Source of the DNA: Octopus sinensis
Taxonomy: Eukaryota
DNA: 64,000 nt
Direction: 5' to 3'
Assembly: GCF_006345805.1 (NCBI RefSeq)
Contig: NC_043023.1
Coordinates: 3,720,001 to 3,784,000, forward strand
Under the pieces are notes generated by a model. That model ran no database searches. It had not been told where the DNA came from and was given only the letters and a program-made list of their open reading frames with translations. Numbering within the stretch: the first letter of the stretch is position 1; each line of letters starts with the position of its first letter. Below, one piece after another: positions 1 through 13,999 of the stretch. Both the position numbers and the translations under genes were made by a program.

Positions 1-1811
1 CACTCTATCTCTCTCTCTCACTCCATCTCTACCTCTCTCTCCATCTCTGTGTTTCTGTCTCTGCCTCTCCCTTTCCCCCCTTTCTCTCTTCCCCTCTCCC
101 TCCCTCCCTCTCCTACTAACATAAAATTAGGTTATCACTTCCTTTTTAACTGTCCCCTCCTCCCCTCTCCCACCCCCCATTACCTCTTCCATGACCTGAC
201 CACAACCTTAAGTGTTAGATGTGATGAGGTGATGGCGGTGGGATGCTGGTGGTGATGGTGTATAGGGGTGGGGGGGAGAGGGTGGCTGGAGTCCTTGTAG
301 TAGGTGTGATTCATGGCCAGAGTGTGATGGGGGGGAGCTGTGATTGATGTGGGGGGTGAAGGGTTGATAGCTGAGGTGTAGGGGGTGAGGTGGTGGTGGT
401 GGGAAGAGAGCAGGTGGTTGGGTGAGTGGGGTGTGATGGTTGGTAACACTGCTGTGTTTGTGTAGTGTGGTGTGCTCCCCCCCATGCAATCACACACACA
501 CCCCACCTAGGGTGGAGTGAGGGTGGGAGTGAAGATCGAGGGGGAAGGATTGGGAGAAAGGGTGTAAGTGTGAGTGTCATAGTGTGTGTGTGTGGGGGGG
601 GGCATGACACTGTTGGGTCATGTGGCACAGGGACGGGGGGGGGTGTTCTGTGGTGGTGGGCATGGTGTCACAAAATGGTGCTTTGACCAACTTGTGATAA
701 CAGTTACAGATTTCTCCAAAGTGATGTTCAACTCTATCGTTACTCTTTTGAACTGCATCTGTCATTAGACTGTGGCACCGCCTTAAAGAATTCCTTAGTT
801 GGATGGATTGACTTCAATTCTTTTTTTTTTTTTTAATTTGGTACTCATCTAATTATTCTATTGGTCACTTTTGCCAAACTGCTAAGTTATGGGGCTGTAA
901 ACACACCAACACCAGTTATCAAGTAGTGGTGAGATGCACCACACACATACACACACACATGTAATAGGCTTCTTTCAGTTTCTTATTTCTTTATTGCCCA
1001 CAAGGGGCTAAACATAGAGGGGACAAACAAAGACAGACAAAAGGATTGTCGATTGATTATATCAACCCCAGTGCGTAACTGGTACTTAATTTATCGACCT
1101 TGAAAGGATGAAAGGCAAAGTCGACCTTGGTAGAATTTGAACTCAGAACGTAACGGCAGGCGAAATACCACTCAGCATTTCACCCAGCGTGCTAACGTTT
1201 CTGCCAGCTCAGAAATAGGCTTCTTTCAGTTTCTCCCCTTCCAAATCCACTCAAGTCTTAGGTTTGACCCAAGTCTATAGTGGAAAACATGCAGTGGGAT
1301 TGAACCCGGAACCGTATAGTTGGGAAGTAAACTACTTACCACACCTGTATACCTCTGTACCTACACACACACACACACCGCATATACACACGATGGGCTT
1401 CTGTCAGTGTCTGTCTACCAAATCCATTCACAAAGCTTTAGTCAGCCTGGGGTTATAAAAGAAAACATTCCCCCCCCCAACATGCCATGCAGTGGGACTG
1501 AACCCAGAACCATATGGCTTAGGAAGGAAACAAGCGTCTTACCCCACAGCCACACCTGTTTACTTGGAAGCTATAAAATTTGCTGACTTCATTTCCTATG
1601 AAAATATTAATCTTCCTTTCTTACATATTTGTATTGTCCTTTGAAATGTGCGTATGTACCGAATCCTATTTTGTATTGAATCTAATTTTGATTCAACATC
1701 TTCTCCATTTTTCTATTATTGTTTATGGTATATTTATACCTATAACGATATTTTTCAAATCCTATTTTCATATTCTTATTACTTGCTCTGACTGTTTTTT
1801 TTATGAATATA

Positions 1812-2073
1812 CTCTTTTACTCTTTTACTTGTTTCAGTCATTTGGCTGTGGCCATGCTGGAGCACCACCTTTAGTCGAAGAAATTGACCCCAGGACTTAT
1901 TCTTTGTAAACCTAGTATTTATTCTATCAGTCTCTTTTGCCAAACCGCTAAGTTATAGGGACGTAAACATGCCAGCATCGGTTGTCAAGCGATGTTGCGG
2001 GGACAAACACAGACACACAAACACACACATACACACACACACATACACACACACATACATTCATACATTCATG

Positions 2074-2123
<50 letters not shown>

Positions 2124-2288
2124 TACGACGGGCTTCTTTCAGTTTCCGTCTACCAAATCCACTCACAAGGCTTTGATCGGCCTGAGACTATAGTAGAAGA
2201 TACTTGCCCAAGGTGCCACGCAGTGGAAATGAACCTGGAGCCATGTGGTTGGTAAGCAAGCTACTTACCACACACCACTCCTGCACCT
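1812..2288 (-). mobile_element. SINE family A (tRNA head, CORE-like domain, internal (TA)n/(TG)n, GTAAAAGA tail)
   Basis: Consensus AGGCGCAGGAGTGGCTGTGTGGTAAG...GGTTCAGTCCC...CCTTGGGCAAGTG...CAGCATGGCCGCAGTCAAATGACTGAAACAAGTAAAAGAG; dozens of full or partial copies across the window. Confidence 0.85.
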
Positions 2289-3273
2289 ATGATGAATCTT
2301 TATTAGAAATCATTCTTTCTCTCTTTTTGGACCTCTCAAAAAGTTTGAATTGTTCTTTATTAAGTGAATCGAACGGCTTTTGTGTGTTTCTTAAATGGCT
2401 TACAAACACCTTCAATGCTGCTATTGTTTTCGTTTCAGCACACGATCTCAGATCAAGTCACTTGCTATGCAAGTACATCTCCAAACTTATTTCTTCCCAC
2501 ATATTAATCTTCCTCTAATGTTGCTTGCGCCAGCAACCTACCCAACAGCATGCCCTGTCCTCTCTTTTGCCCAGCTCCTGTTTACTGTATTATCATTTTT
2601 ATTCTGCTCCTCCTCCCTCTTTCCATATTATCAAATCTCCCCTGCTCTCTCACACACTCTTGGTACTTGAATCCCACTTGTACCTTAAAGATCCACCCTA
2701 TTACCTCATCACCCCTAATTTTTATCTCTCTTTCCAGCTTTATCCTAGTTAACCCCACCCTTTCTCCTAAAAAAAAAAACATGTACAGTCATGTAGCTCC
2801 TCTTCAACAAGAACGCTCCCCCACTTGCTCCAGCCTTTTTCTCCTGTATTTTAACCTCCCACTCCTTATTCTCTTATCATAAAGTGCCCCTCTCTACTCC
2901 TTATTCTTTGTAGCATAAAGTTGTTTCTCCCCTGTTTGAGAGGTTCATAGTCCCTCTTGCAAGCTGCATGGAAACATCAAAAGGGCTGTTGGCACATAAA
3001 TGGCGCTTGGTCCTTGATGTTAAGTGGTTGGCAATGAGAAGGGTATTTGGCCATAGAAACTAAACCATAGATACTGTTGGAGTTTAACCCTTTCGTTACC
3101 AACCCGGCCAAAACCACCTCTGGCTCTGTAATACAAATGTCTTGTTTTCAAAAGTTTGAATTAAAATCTTCCACCAAACCTTAGTCACAATTTATGTTCC
3201 TAACACTAGCTGAATGATAACCAAGTTGTTTTACTAAATTCTTTGTTATATTTAAAATTAATTGAAAGAAATA

Positions 3274-3662
3274 CAGGTGTAGGAGTGGCTGTATGGTAAG
3301 TAGCTTGCTTACCAACCACATGGTTCTGGGTCCAGTCCCACTGCGTGACACCTTGGGCAAGTGACTTCTACTATAGCCTCGGACCAACCAAAGCCTTGTG
3401 AGTGGATTTGGTAGATGGAAACTAAAAGAAGCCCATTGTATATATGTATGTATATGTTTGTGTGCCTCTCTTTGTCTCCCCAACATTTCTTGACAACCGA
3501 TGCTGGTGTGTCTACGTTCCTGTAACTTAGCGGTTCGGCAAAAGAGACTGATAGAATAAGTACTAGGCTTACAAAGAATAAGTCCTGGGGTCAGTTTGCT
3601 CGACTAAAGGCAATGCTCCAGCATGGCCACAGTTAAATGACTGAAACAAGTAAGAGTAAAAG
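3274..3662 (+). mobile_element. SINE A
   Basis: Full-length match to family consensus. Confidence 0.85.
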
Positions 3663-4130
3663 GGTACTGCTTAACAACTGGTGTTGGTGTGTTGATGTCC
3701 CTGTAACTTAGCAGTCCAACAAAAGTGACTGATAGAATAAGTACCAGACTATTAAAAAAAAGTACGTACTGGTGTCAATTCGTTGGACTAAAAATCCTCC
3801 AGGTTGGTGCCCCAGCATGGCCACAGTTTATTGACTGAAGCAAGCCAAAAGATAAAAGATGACAGATAATTTCTTGGGTAGAGGTGTGGTTCTCCTAGTT
3901 TTTGGTGTTAATGTCATAATCTAGATTGATGCGGTGGCGGCGGGGGGGGGGGGTGATTGATGGGGCCAATTATTGTAGGTGTGGTGGAAGTGGTTACAGC
4001 TGTTGACACAGTGTGTTGGTGGTAGTGTGGTTTTTGTACAAAGGGAAGGGCTTGTTTGGATTGTTTTAGGTGTAGTGGAGGAAGTGGAGTGCAGTGTGTG
4101 TGTGGGTGTGTATGGCAGTGGTGGTAACCG

Positions 4131-6019
4131 TGGTGGCAAGCTGGCAGACACAACGTTAGCACACCGGGGCGAAATGCTTAGTGGTATTTCGTCTGCCGCT
4201 ATGTTCTGAGTTCAAATTCCACCGAGGTCGACTTTGCCTTTCATCCTTTCGGGGTCGATTATATAAGTACCAGTTACACACTGGGGTCGATGTAATCGAC
4301 TTAATCCGTTTGTCTGTCCTTGTTTGTCCCCTCTGTGTTTAGCCCCTTGTGGGTAGTAAAGAAATAGGTATTTCGTCTGCCGCTATGTTCTGAGTTCAAA
4401 TTCCACCGAGGTCAACTTTGCCTTTCATCCTTTCGGGGTCGATTATATAAGTACCAGTTACACACTGGGGTCGATGTAATCGACTTAATCCGTTTGTCTG
4501 TTCTTGTTTGTCCCCTCTGTGTTTAACCCCTTGGGGTAGTAAAGAAATAGGTATTTCGTCTGCCGCTATGTTCTGAGTTCAATTCCACCGAGGTCGACTT
4601 TGCCTTTCATCCTTTCGGGGTCGATTATATAAGTACCAGTTACACACTGGGGTCGATGTAATCGACTTAATCCGTTGTCTGTCCTTGTTTGTCCCCTCTG
4701 TGTTTAGCCCCTTGTGGGTAGTAAAGAAATAGGTATTTCGTCTGCCGCTATGTTCTGAGTTCAAATTCCACCGAGGTCGACTTTGCCTTTCATCCTTCGG
4801 GGTCGATTAGATAAGAGTACCAGTTACACACTGGGGTCGATGTAATCGACTTAATCCGTTTGTCTGTCCTTGTTCGTCCCCTCTGTGTTTAGCCCCTTGT
4901 GGGTAGTAAAGAAATAGGTATTTCATCTGCCGCTATGTTCTGAGTTCAAATTCCACCGAGGTCAACTTTGCCTTTCATCCTTTCGGGGTCGATTAAATAA
5001 GTACCAGTTACGCACTGGGGTCGATATAATTGACGTAATCCGTTTGTCTGTCCTTGTTCGTCCCCTCTGTGTTTAGCCCCTTGTGGGTAGTAAAGAAATA
5101 GGTATTTCATCTGCCGCTATGTTCTGAGTTCAAATTCCACCGAGGTCAACTTTGCCTTTCATCCTTTCGGGGTCGATTATATAAGTACCAGTTACACACT
5201 GGGGTCGATGTAATCGACTTAATCCGTTTGTCTGTTCTTGTTTGTCCCCTCTGTGTTTAACCCCTTGTGGGTAGTAAAGAAATAGGTATTTCGTCTGCCG
5301 CTATGTTCTGAGTTCAAATTCCACCGAGGTCGACTTTGCCTTTCATCCTTTCGGGGTCGATTATATAAGTACCAGTTACACACTGGGGTCGATGTAATCG
5401 ACTTAATCCGTTTGTCTGTCCTTGTTTGTCCCCTCTGTGTTTAGCCCCTTGTGGGTAGTAAAGAAATAGGTATTTCGTCTGCCGCTATGTTCTGAGTTCA
5501 AATTCCACCGAGGTCGACTTTGCCTTTCATCCTTTCGGGGTCGATTATATAAGTACCAGTTACACACTGGGGTCGATGTAATCGACTTAATCCGTTTGTC
5601 TGTCCTTGTTTGTCCCCTCTGTGTTTAGCCCCTTGTGGGTAGTAAAGAAATAGGTATTTCGTCTGCCGCTATGTTCTGAGTTCAAATTCCACCGAGGTCG
5701 ACTTTGCCTTTCATCCTTTCGGGGTCGATTAAATAAGTACCAGTTACGCACTGGGGTCGATATAATTGACGTAATCCGTTTGTCTGTCCTTGTTCGTCCC
5801 CTCTGTGTTTAGCCCCTTGTGGGTAGTAAAGAGATAGGTATTTCGTCTGCCGTCACGTTCTGAGTTCGAATTCCGCAAGGGCAACTTTGCCTTTCATCCT
5901 TTCAGGGTCGATTAAATAAGTACCAGTTACGCACTGGGGTCGATATAATTGACGTAATCCGTTTGTCTGTCCTTGTTTGTCCTCTCTGTGTTTAGCCCCT
6001 TGTGGGTAGTAAAGAAATA
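4131..6019 (+). repeat. Tandem array of 10 units (~184 bp) of tRNA-derived SINE family B
   Basis: One head (gcaagctggcaga...) then repeated GGTATTTCGTCTGCC...GTAAAGAAATA units; B-box GAGTTCAAATTCC; MetaSINE-like GCCTTTCATCCTTTCGGGGTCGAT domain. Confidence 0.9.
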
Positions 6020-7929
6020 GGTGTTAATGTCCATCATAGCAGCTAATACTGGCATTTTCTATCTGTCACTTGTTTCAGTCTTTAGACTGCGGCCATGCTG
6101 GGGCAACCACCTTGAATCATTCTTAGTTGAATGAAATCAATCCCAGTACCTATTCTATGGGACTGTTTTGCCAAACTGCTAAGTTATGGGGTTGTAAGCA
6201 AACCAACATTGGTGCTCCTGTGGTGGTGATGTAGTCACACACAAAATGATGGGCTTCTTTTAGTTTCCATTTACTAAATCAATTCACAAGGCTTTACTCA
6301 ACCTGAGGCTTATAGTAGAAGACATTTGCCCAAGGTGGCACACAGTGGGACTAAACCCAAAACCATGAGGTTGAGTAGCAAACTCCTTACCTGTACATAC
6401 ACACACACATGCACACACACACACACACAATGGGCTTTCAGTTTCCATCTACTAAATCCACTCACAGTAGAAGACACTTGTCCAAGGTTCTGCACAGTGG
6501 GACTGAACCCAGAACCATGCGGTTAGAAAGCAAGCTTCTTACCACACAGTCACGCCTGTGCCAATGGACAGGCAACCTTTCTGGAGAAGTGGGCAACAAC
6601 ATAAGGACCTGGCCCATCATCAGGTGGGCCCCACCCCCAACAAACGCATGACTAAAAAAAATAACATATTCAAGGGATTTTTTCGTCAGGCATTTCATTC
6701 GGCAAAGACCCTTGGGCCACATGTACCCACCCTCTTTTCCTGCAGGCTTACAGTTTGCTCATGACTGGTCCTTAATGTTATGATGTGGTAGGGTGAAGTT
6801 AGTGTGGTGGTGGCTGCAGTGATGGTTGTAGATGTGTAGGAGTTATGGTAGTGATAAGTTTGGGGAAAGGCGGCGATGGTGGTGGTGGTTGTGAAGGGGT
6901 GGGTGGAGGAAGAGCATTTGTGGTGATGGTGGTGGGGTGGGGTGTATGTAGTGTTAGAGGACAGTTGTGGTGGTGATGTTGATTGTAGTAAAGGGGGTGG
7001 TGTGAATGGTAGAGGGCATCTGTGGTGGTGGTGGTGGTGGTGGTGTCTAATGTATGATGTAGGGTGAAGTTTGATGATGATGGTGGTTTGGTGGTGATGT
7101 AGTGTTGGGGAAGGTGGTGATTTGGGGCAAGGTATGTGTGGTTGTGCAAACAGTGGTTATAGTAGTAGTAGTGGTGTGCTTGATGGTATTTGTGGTGGTA
7201 GTGGTGATATGAGGGTGATTGGCAGCACCATGATGGTGATGGTGGTGACATGAGCAGTGGTGGCAGTCAGTGGTTTTGTGATGCAGAGGGTGCCGAGTGG
7301 AGAGTTGTGGCTAGGGTGGTGGTGGTGGTTACAAATCATGATGATGGTGGTAGTGGCTGATGATGGTAGTGGTATGATGATGATAGTGGTGGTGATGGTA
7401 GATTGTAATGGTAGTGGTGATGATGGTAATGGTATTATGATAGTGGTAATGGTGGTGGTGGTGGTGGTGATGGTGGTGGTTGTGATGATGGTGGTGATGG
7501 TGAAGATGGTGGGGGTGATGATGATGGTCATGGTGGTAATGGTAGTAGTGATGATGGTTGTGGTATGATGGTGATGATGATGTTAGTGACTGTAATGGTG
7601 GCGGGGTGGGGGAAGCAAAAGTGGTAAATAGGTAATTGTGGGTGGTGATGTTTGTCATAAACTTGCTTGGGAGGTGATTTAGGACATAGGGTGGAGTAGA
7701 GAGAGAGTGGGGTGGTTTGGCAATGATGATGATGATGATGTTGATGATGATGCTAGCAGCAATCTGGTTTTTTTTCCTTTTGTTATTTTTCTTTAAAGTA
7801 TTATTTATATCTGTGTCACACTGAGTCATTGATGTTTGAGGGGAGGGGGCAGAATTTCGGTGGGAATTTGGTGCTAGGGATGAGGATGGTATTGTCATCT
7901 ATGCTGATGGTATAGTACATATGTACACG

Positions 7930-7984
7930 CACACACGTACATAAAGAACATATATATATATATGTATACACACACACACAAAGA

Positions 7985-8021
<37 letters not shown>

Positions 8022-8258
8022 AAGAATATATATACACACACACATCACATGAAGAATATATATACACACACACACACATAAAGAATATATATATATATAT
8101 ATACACACGCACATAAAGAATATATACACACACACACACAAGAATATTTACATACACACACACACACACACAAAGAATATATATATACACACACACAAAG
8201 AATATATATATACATACACACAAAGAATATATATATACATACACACACACACACAAGA

Positions 8259-8291
<33 letters not shown>

Positions 8292-8303
8292 TACACATAA
8301 AGA

Positions 8304-8334
<31 letters not shown>

Positions 8335-8398
8335 AAGAATATATATATATATACACACGCACATAAAGAATATATACACACACACACAAAGAATATAT

Positions 8399-8445
<47 letters not shown>

Positions 8446-8619
8446 GAATATATATACACACACACACACACACAAAGAATATATATATACACACATACAC
8501 ACAAAGAATATATATACACACACACACACACACAAAGAATATATATATACACACATACACATAAAGAATATATATACACACACACACACAATATATATAT
8601 ACATATACACACACCAAGA

Positions 8620-8660
<41 letters not shown>

Positions 8661-8707
8661 AAGAATATATATATACATACACACACACACACACACACAC
8701 ATAAAGA

Positions 8708-8738
<31 letters not shown>

Positions 8739-8765
8739 ATATATATACATATACACACACAAAGA

Positions 8766-8796
<31 letters not shown>

Positions 8797-8808
8797 TACA
8801 CATAAAGA

Positions 8809-8841
<33 letters not shown>

Positions 8842-8858
8842 CATACACACACACACTT
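7930..8858. repeat. Compound microsatellite [(CA)n AAGAA (TA)n]
   Basis: Many iterations with a constant AAGAA spacer. Confidence 0.9.
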
Positions 8859-10032
8859 GCATACTTTCTTTCCCTCTCTCCCTCTCTTTCCCCTCTCTCC
8901 CTCTCTTTCCCCTCTCTCTCCTCTCTCTCTTTCCCCTCTCTCTCCTCCCTCTCTTTCCCCTCTCTCTCCTCTCTCTCTTTCCCCTCTCTCTCCTCTCTCT
9001 CTTTCCCTCTCTTCCTCTCTTTCTCCTCTCTCTCCTCTCTCTCTTTCCCTCTCTCTCTCACATCCCTTTCCCTCCTGCTGTTTACATACCTTCTCTCACT
9101 CCCACCAATTCCCTCCAACTCCCTCCTTGCCATTCCCTCCCCATCCCTCTATAACATCCCACCCTCCCCTTCCCTTCAGCATCCTCTCTCTTTCTCTTCT
9201 ACCCTCACATATACTCCCCTATCCTCTCTTTCACTACTCTCTCACCCTCACACTTTCACTCTATTCCTCCCCTCTCCCCTTACCTATCTTCCACATCCAC
9301 CCCTACCTCCACCCACCCATACCTCCACCCACCCCACTCACCCACCTCCCATAATAAGACAAAAAACAGACCAGGAAGAAAGACATTTGAAATTTCTCTC
9401 AAAGTGATCTGCTGTTATTATTTAGCCCTAGGTCTGTCCTGGTCCACTTGACCTCTACATATGATCACTCTTGTCCCACTCATGAACAAATAACCTGTTT
9501 TTATTTTAGACGTGTAAATCTTAAGACTACATTATCTAATTGTCATAGGTGTAGGAATGGCTGTGTGGTAAGTAGCTTGCTTACTAACCACATGGTTCCG
9601 GGTTCAATCCCACTGTATGGCACCTTGGGCAAGTGTCTTCTACAATAGCCTCGGGCCAACCAAAGCTTTGTGAGCGGATTTGGTAGATGGAAACTGAAAG
9701 AAGCCTGCCGTATATATGTATGTATGTATGTTTGTGTTTGTTCCCCCAACATCACTTGACAACCAATGCTGGCCTTGTGCCAAAAATTGAAACCAATATT
9801 AATAACCTGATGTTAGAAGCTTATATATATACATTATATATATGTATATATACATATATAAATTAGAAAAAAAACACCTTTTATCAATTCAGTAATGAAA
9901 AATTAGATTATACCATTTAGGAAAATTACATATAGAAAGATTAAATATATTATCTTTTGTGAAATTTGATTTATTATTTCTAAATTGAATTTTTCCCTGT
10001 AAGCTTGGAATAATATTCCCTCATATTATTAT

Positions 10033-10064
<32 letters not shown>

Positions 10065-11805
10065 CGCTTCAGTCATCTGTACAATTTGTATTAATATACT
10101 TATTCTGTTTATATTTTATGTATATAAGTAGTTCATCGTACGTCTATCTATACACATATATATTTACACAAAATTTTCTAAATATTTGAATTTCTGCAAG
10201 TGGCTCTCACCCTTCAAAGTCTATGCTCCATATTCTACATATTTTTATACACCTTGTCCTCGAATTATGACTGAGTTCCAGTTGACAGGCAGTGGATGCC
10301 TGGGTCTGAGAAGGCCTGTGTTGCCAGATGCAGCCATAGTTATCATACGCGCTGCTGCCCAACGTTCGAAAATCTATTTTTCATTTTTTTTATTTATTAT
10401 GGTTGCAAGTGCAGAGAAAGTGTATTCATATATGTAGATACTTTCCCAAATAAAAAAAAATACTTCAGTTTTGAAGCTCTGACAAAGCTTAAGGTGAAAA
10501 ACAAGCACTTACCTAAGAGTACACTCCTCATCATAGCAGAAACACCTGTAAGGTAATGAAGTTCAATATATAATCAAAATAAGCAACAGGATCTATGATA
10601 GCCACATAGAAATTAAATATCGTATAATTATTATTCTAAAAATCTTATAACAAATCAAACATTAAATTGACTATGCGCATTTCATGACTAAGTATATAAA
10701 TCAATAATATTAAGATTTAATATTAATTCAATTTCAAAATATTTAGCCACTCTTCAGGTCAAAAAAATAATATAAATAAATTTAGATATTATAATAAAAC
10801 AAATATATAAATATATGTATATTAACAGTAAATAATTCAATAAAATTTAACAATATTAATCTAAAGCAAAAACATGACTTATCTTATTGATGAAAGCTAG
10901 TTAAAAGAAATCCTACAACTAATCAATATATATATATATATATATATTTGTAAACAAATTTGGCTGAAATTGATGGGTGAGCATTTAACCTGTTGGATGC
11001 ACAAGGAGCCATGTAATCATTGATTTGTGGGTTCAATTTCCAGCTGGGGTTATCTCATCATTTTTCAGTCCTTTGTATTCATAAATTGTTGCTTCAAATT
11101 GGAGAATAAAATAATTATAGGTTATTATACAGTTATACATGCGTGTGTGTGTGTGTGTTCTAGCGTGGCTGTAAGATTAAAAAATTTGCAGCACAAACAT
11201 GGTTTCAGGTTCAGTCTCACTGTATGGCACCTTGCAAAGTTTTTTCTTATGGCTCCAGCTCAGCCGAAACCATGTAAGTCATGACATCATGCAATATTCA
11301 GTAGTTGTAAATGTGTGTCACTTGGAAACGGGTGTGGGTTGGCGATAGGAAGAGCATTCAGTTGTAGGAAAGCTGCTTGTGTGTGTGTATGGGTTCCTGA
11401 AAGTGCATGTATACCAATGTTAGCAAGTGTGTGTGTGTGTAGTGAGAGATACTTACATGTGTGTGTGTGTGTAGGAGAGATATTTATGTGTGTGCATGTA
11501 GAGAGAGACAGATACTCGTGTGTGTGTGTAGAGAGAGAGAGAGAAATACATGTGTGTGTGTGTGGAGAGAGAGATACATGTGTGTGTGTGTGTGTGGAGA
11601 GAGAGAGAGATGCTTACGTGTGTGTGTGTGTATACAGATATTGACAAGTATGTGTGTGTGTGTATGCAGATAATTACTCTGTGTGTGTGTGTACCAATAT
11701 TGTGCGTGTATGTGTAGATATTTTCTAAAGTACGTGTGTATATACAGAAGCTGTGTACGTGTGTATATACCAATTCTAGCAAGTGTGTGTATTCAAATAC
11801 TCTGA

Positions 11806-11851
<46 letters not shown>

Positions 11852-12924
11852 ATATTAGCATAAGAGTGTGTGTGTCTACAAAAACAAGTGTGTACAGACA
11901 CTTTACACGTGTGTAGATACTAGCTTGTGTGTGTGTGTGTGTACGTACAACACACACTTTGTTGTACTGGTTTAGTAAGCATACAGTAAGATCTTTGATG
12001 TTAGGTGATGTTGGTACATTAATTCTGTGTTCTGTGGAAATGATGGTGGCGGTGCCGGCTGTGGTGGTCGTGGTGGTGGGGTTACAGAGGTCAGTCGGGG
12101 TGGGGAATTAGTTCTGTAATGTCATTTATCTCCTCCACATACACCTACCCCTCACCCCATGCGTGGCGGCGGCGGTGGTGGTAATGGTGATGGTAGTAGT
12201 GGTGGTGGGGGCAGTGGTAGTAGTGGTGGTGGTAGTAGTGGTGGTGGTGGTGGTAGTAGTGATGGTGGTAGTAGAAGTAGTGATGGTGGTGGTAGTTGTA
12301 GTGATGGTGGTGGTGGTGGGAATGGCAGCAGGTGGTGGTGGTGGTGGTGAAGGCAGGATATGTTCAAGTTAGGGTCCTGCTTAAAATGATGTCACTTTTA
12401 TCTCCTCTTCAAGTAATGAAGCCATCACTATTCATCTCCCACCACCGCTATCACCACTATCAGTTGTGGTGGTGGTTGTAGTGGTGGCAATGTTGTTGCC
12501 TGTGGTAGTTGTAGTAGTGATGATGGTAGTGGTGGTGGTGGTGCTGGTAATTCTCTCTTTTTCTTTTACTCTTTTACTTGTTTCAGTCATTTGACTGTGG
12601 CCATGCTGGAGCACTGCCTTCAGTCGAACAAGTCAACCCCAGGACTTAGTCTTTATAAGCCTAGTACTTATTCTATCAGTCTCTTTTGCCGAACCACTAA
12701 GTTACAGGGATGTAAACACACCAGCATCAGTTGTCAAGCGATGTTGGGGGGTGGGGAACAAACACAGACACACGTACATATATACAACGGGCTTCTTTCA
12801 GTTTCCATCTACCAAATCCACTGAGGGTTTTGGTCAACCTAAGGCTATAGCAGTGGGACTGAACTCCGGAACCATGTGGTTTGGAAGCAAGCTTCTTACC
12901 ACACAGCCATTCCTGCTTCTATAT

Positions 12925-13129
12925 ACATCATCATCATTGTTTAATGTCTGCTTTCCATGCTGGCATGGGTTGAACGGTTTGACTGAGGACTGGTGAACCA
13001 GAGGCTGCACCAGGCTCCAATCTTGATCTGGCAAAATTTCCACAGCTGGATGCCCTTCCTATACGCCAACCACTCCGAAGTGTGTAGTATTTATATTTAT
13101 ACATATACACCAGAGACGTGCTATATCTA

Positions 13130-13171
<42 letters not shown>

Positions 13172-13580
13172 ATCGTCGTTCAACATCTGCTTTCCATGCT
13201 AGCATGGGTTGAATGGTTTGACTGAGGACTGGCAAGCCAGGAGGTTGCACCAGGCTCAATCTGATCTGGCAGAGTTTCTACAGCTGGATGCCCTTCCTAA
13301 CGCCAACCACTCTGTGATTGTAGTATATATATTTATACATATACACCAGAGACCTGCAATATGTATATGTATGTATGTGTGTGTTTATATATATATATAT
13401 ATAAATATATATATATATATGTATCATTGTCGTTTTTTAACATCCACTTTCCATGCTGGCATGGGTTAGACGGTTTGACTGAGGATTGGCTGGCCAGAGG
13501 CTGCATCAGGTTCCAATCTGATCTGGCAAAGTTTCTACAGCTGGATGCCCTTCCTAACACCAACCACTCCAAGAGTGTAG
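12925..13580 (-). mobile_element. Three tandem 3' fragments of retroposon family C ((GAT)n tail, RTE-like)
   Basis: Repeated TTTCCATGCT(G/A)GCATGGGTT...CAGCTGGATGCCCTTCCTAA. Confidence 0.7.
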
Positions 13581-13603
13581 TATATATATTTATATATATA
13601 CAC

Positions 13604-13999
13604 CAGAGACGTGCTACCTGGATAGGCAAGGTAGGCAGTGCCTACTTGGAATAAAATAGATTGATAGCAACATTTTTCTTTTATGGCAAAATATACCCCT
13701 AATTCAATAAAATTATGAAGGTTACTCTGATTATTCTGCATAAAATATTTTATTTTTTTGTAGATTAGGTAGGCATAATTCACCCCTGCTTTTCAATCTC
13801 AGTATTAAAGCTACGCATAGGATTGATGTAGTACACATGCTGCGTACACTCCTACAACAATGTTTTCTTTACGCACTTTAAAGGCAGAAGTAATCTGCCT
13901 TCAACTCAGTCACACATCCGTGTTTTGCTTATTTTTTTTGGTGTTTTACTACATAAAGGTTGCCAACTGCCTACCCTGAGTAATTACTGGTGGTACATG
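13604..13999. mobile_element. Probable hAT-type non-autonomous element
   Basis: CAGAGACGTGCTACC...GGTAGGCAGT left end, ACTGCCTACC...GGTGGTACATG degenerate right end. Confidence 0.45.

Noticed and set aside
2290-2530. Minus-strand coding-like stretch
   Set aside because: Contains stops and no clear splice structure; at best a decayed LINE endonuclease fragment.
3904-3915. GGTGTTAATGTC repeated at 6020-6031 as a TSD of the SINE array
   Set aside because: Lies ~215 bp upstream of the SINE head; cannot be supported as a TSD.
4131-6019. CRISPR-like or ribozyme-bearing retrozyme array
   Set aside because: Units are full repeats without unique spacers, and there is no CUGANGA core on either strand; it is a SINE multimer.
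6608-6632. CTGATGA inside a hairpin on the minus strand
   Set aside because: No downstream stem II-GAAA-stem III arrangement.
7816-9133. Long CVCV/YIYI ORFs (and similar ones at 48.1-48.7, 58.5-59.1 and 61.9-62.5 kb)
   Set aside because: Microsatellite artefacts.
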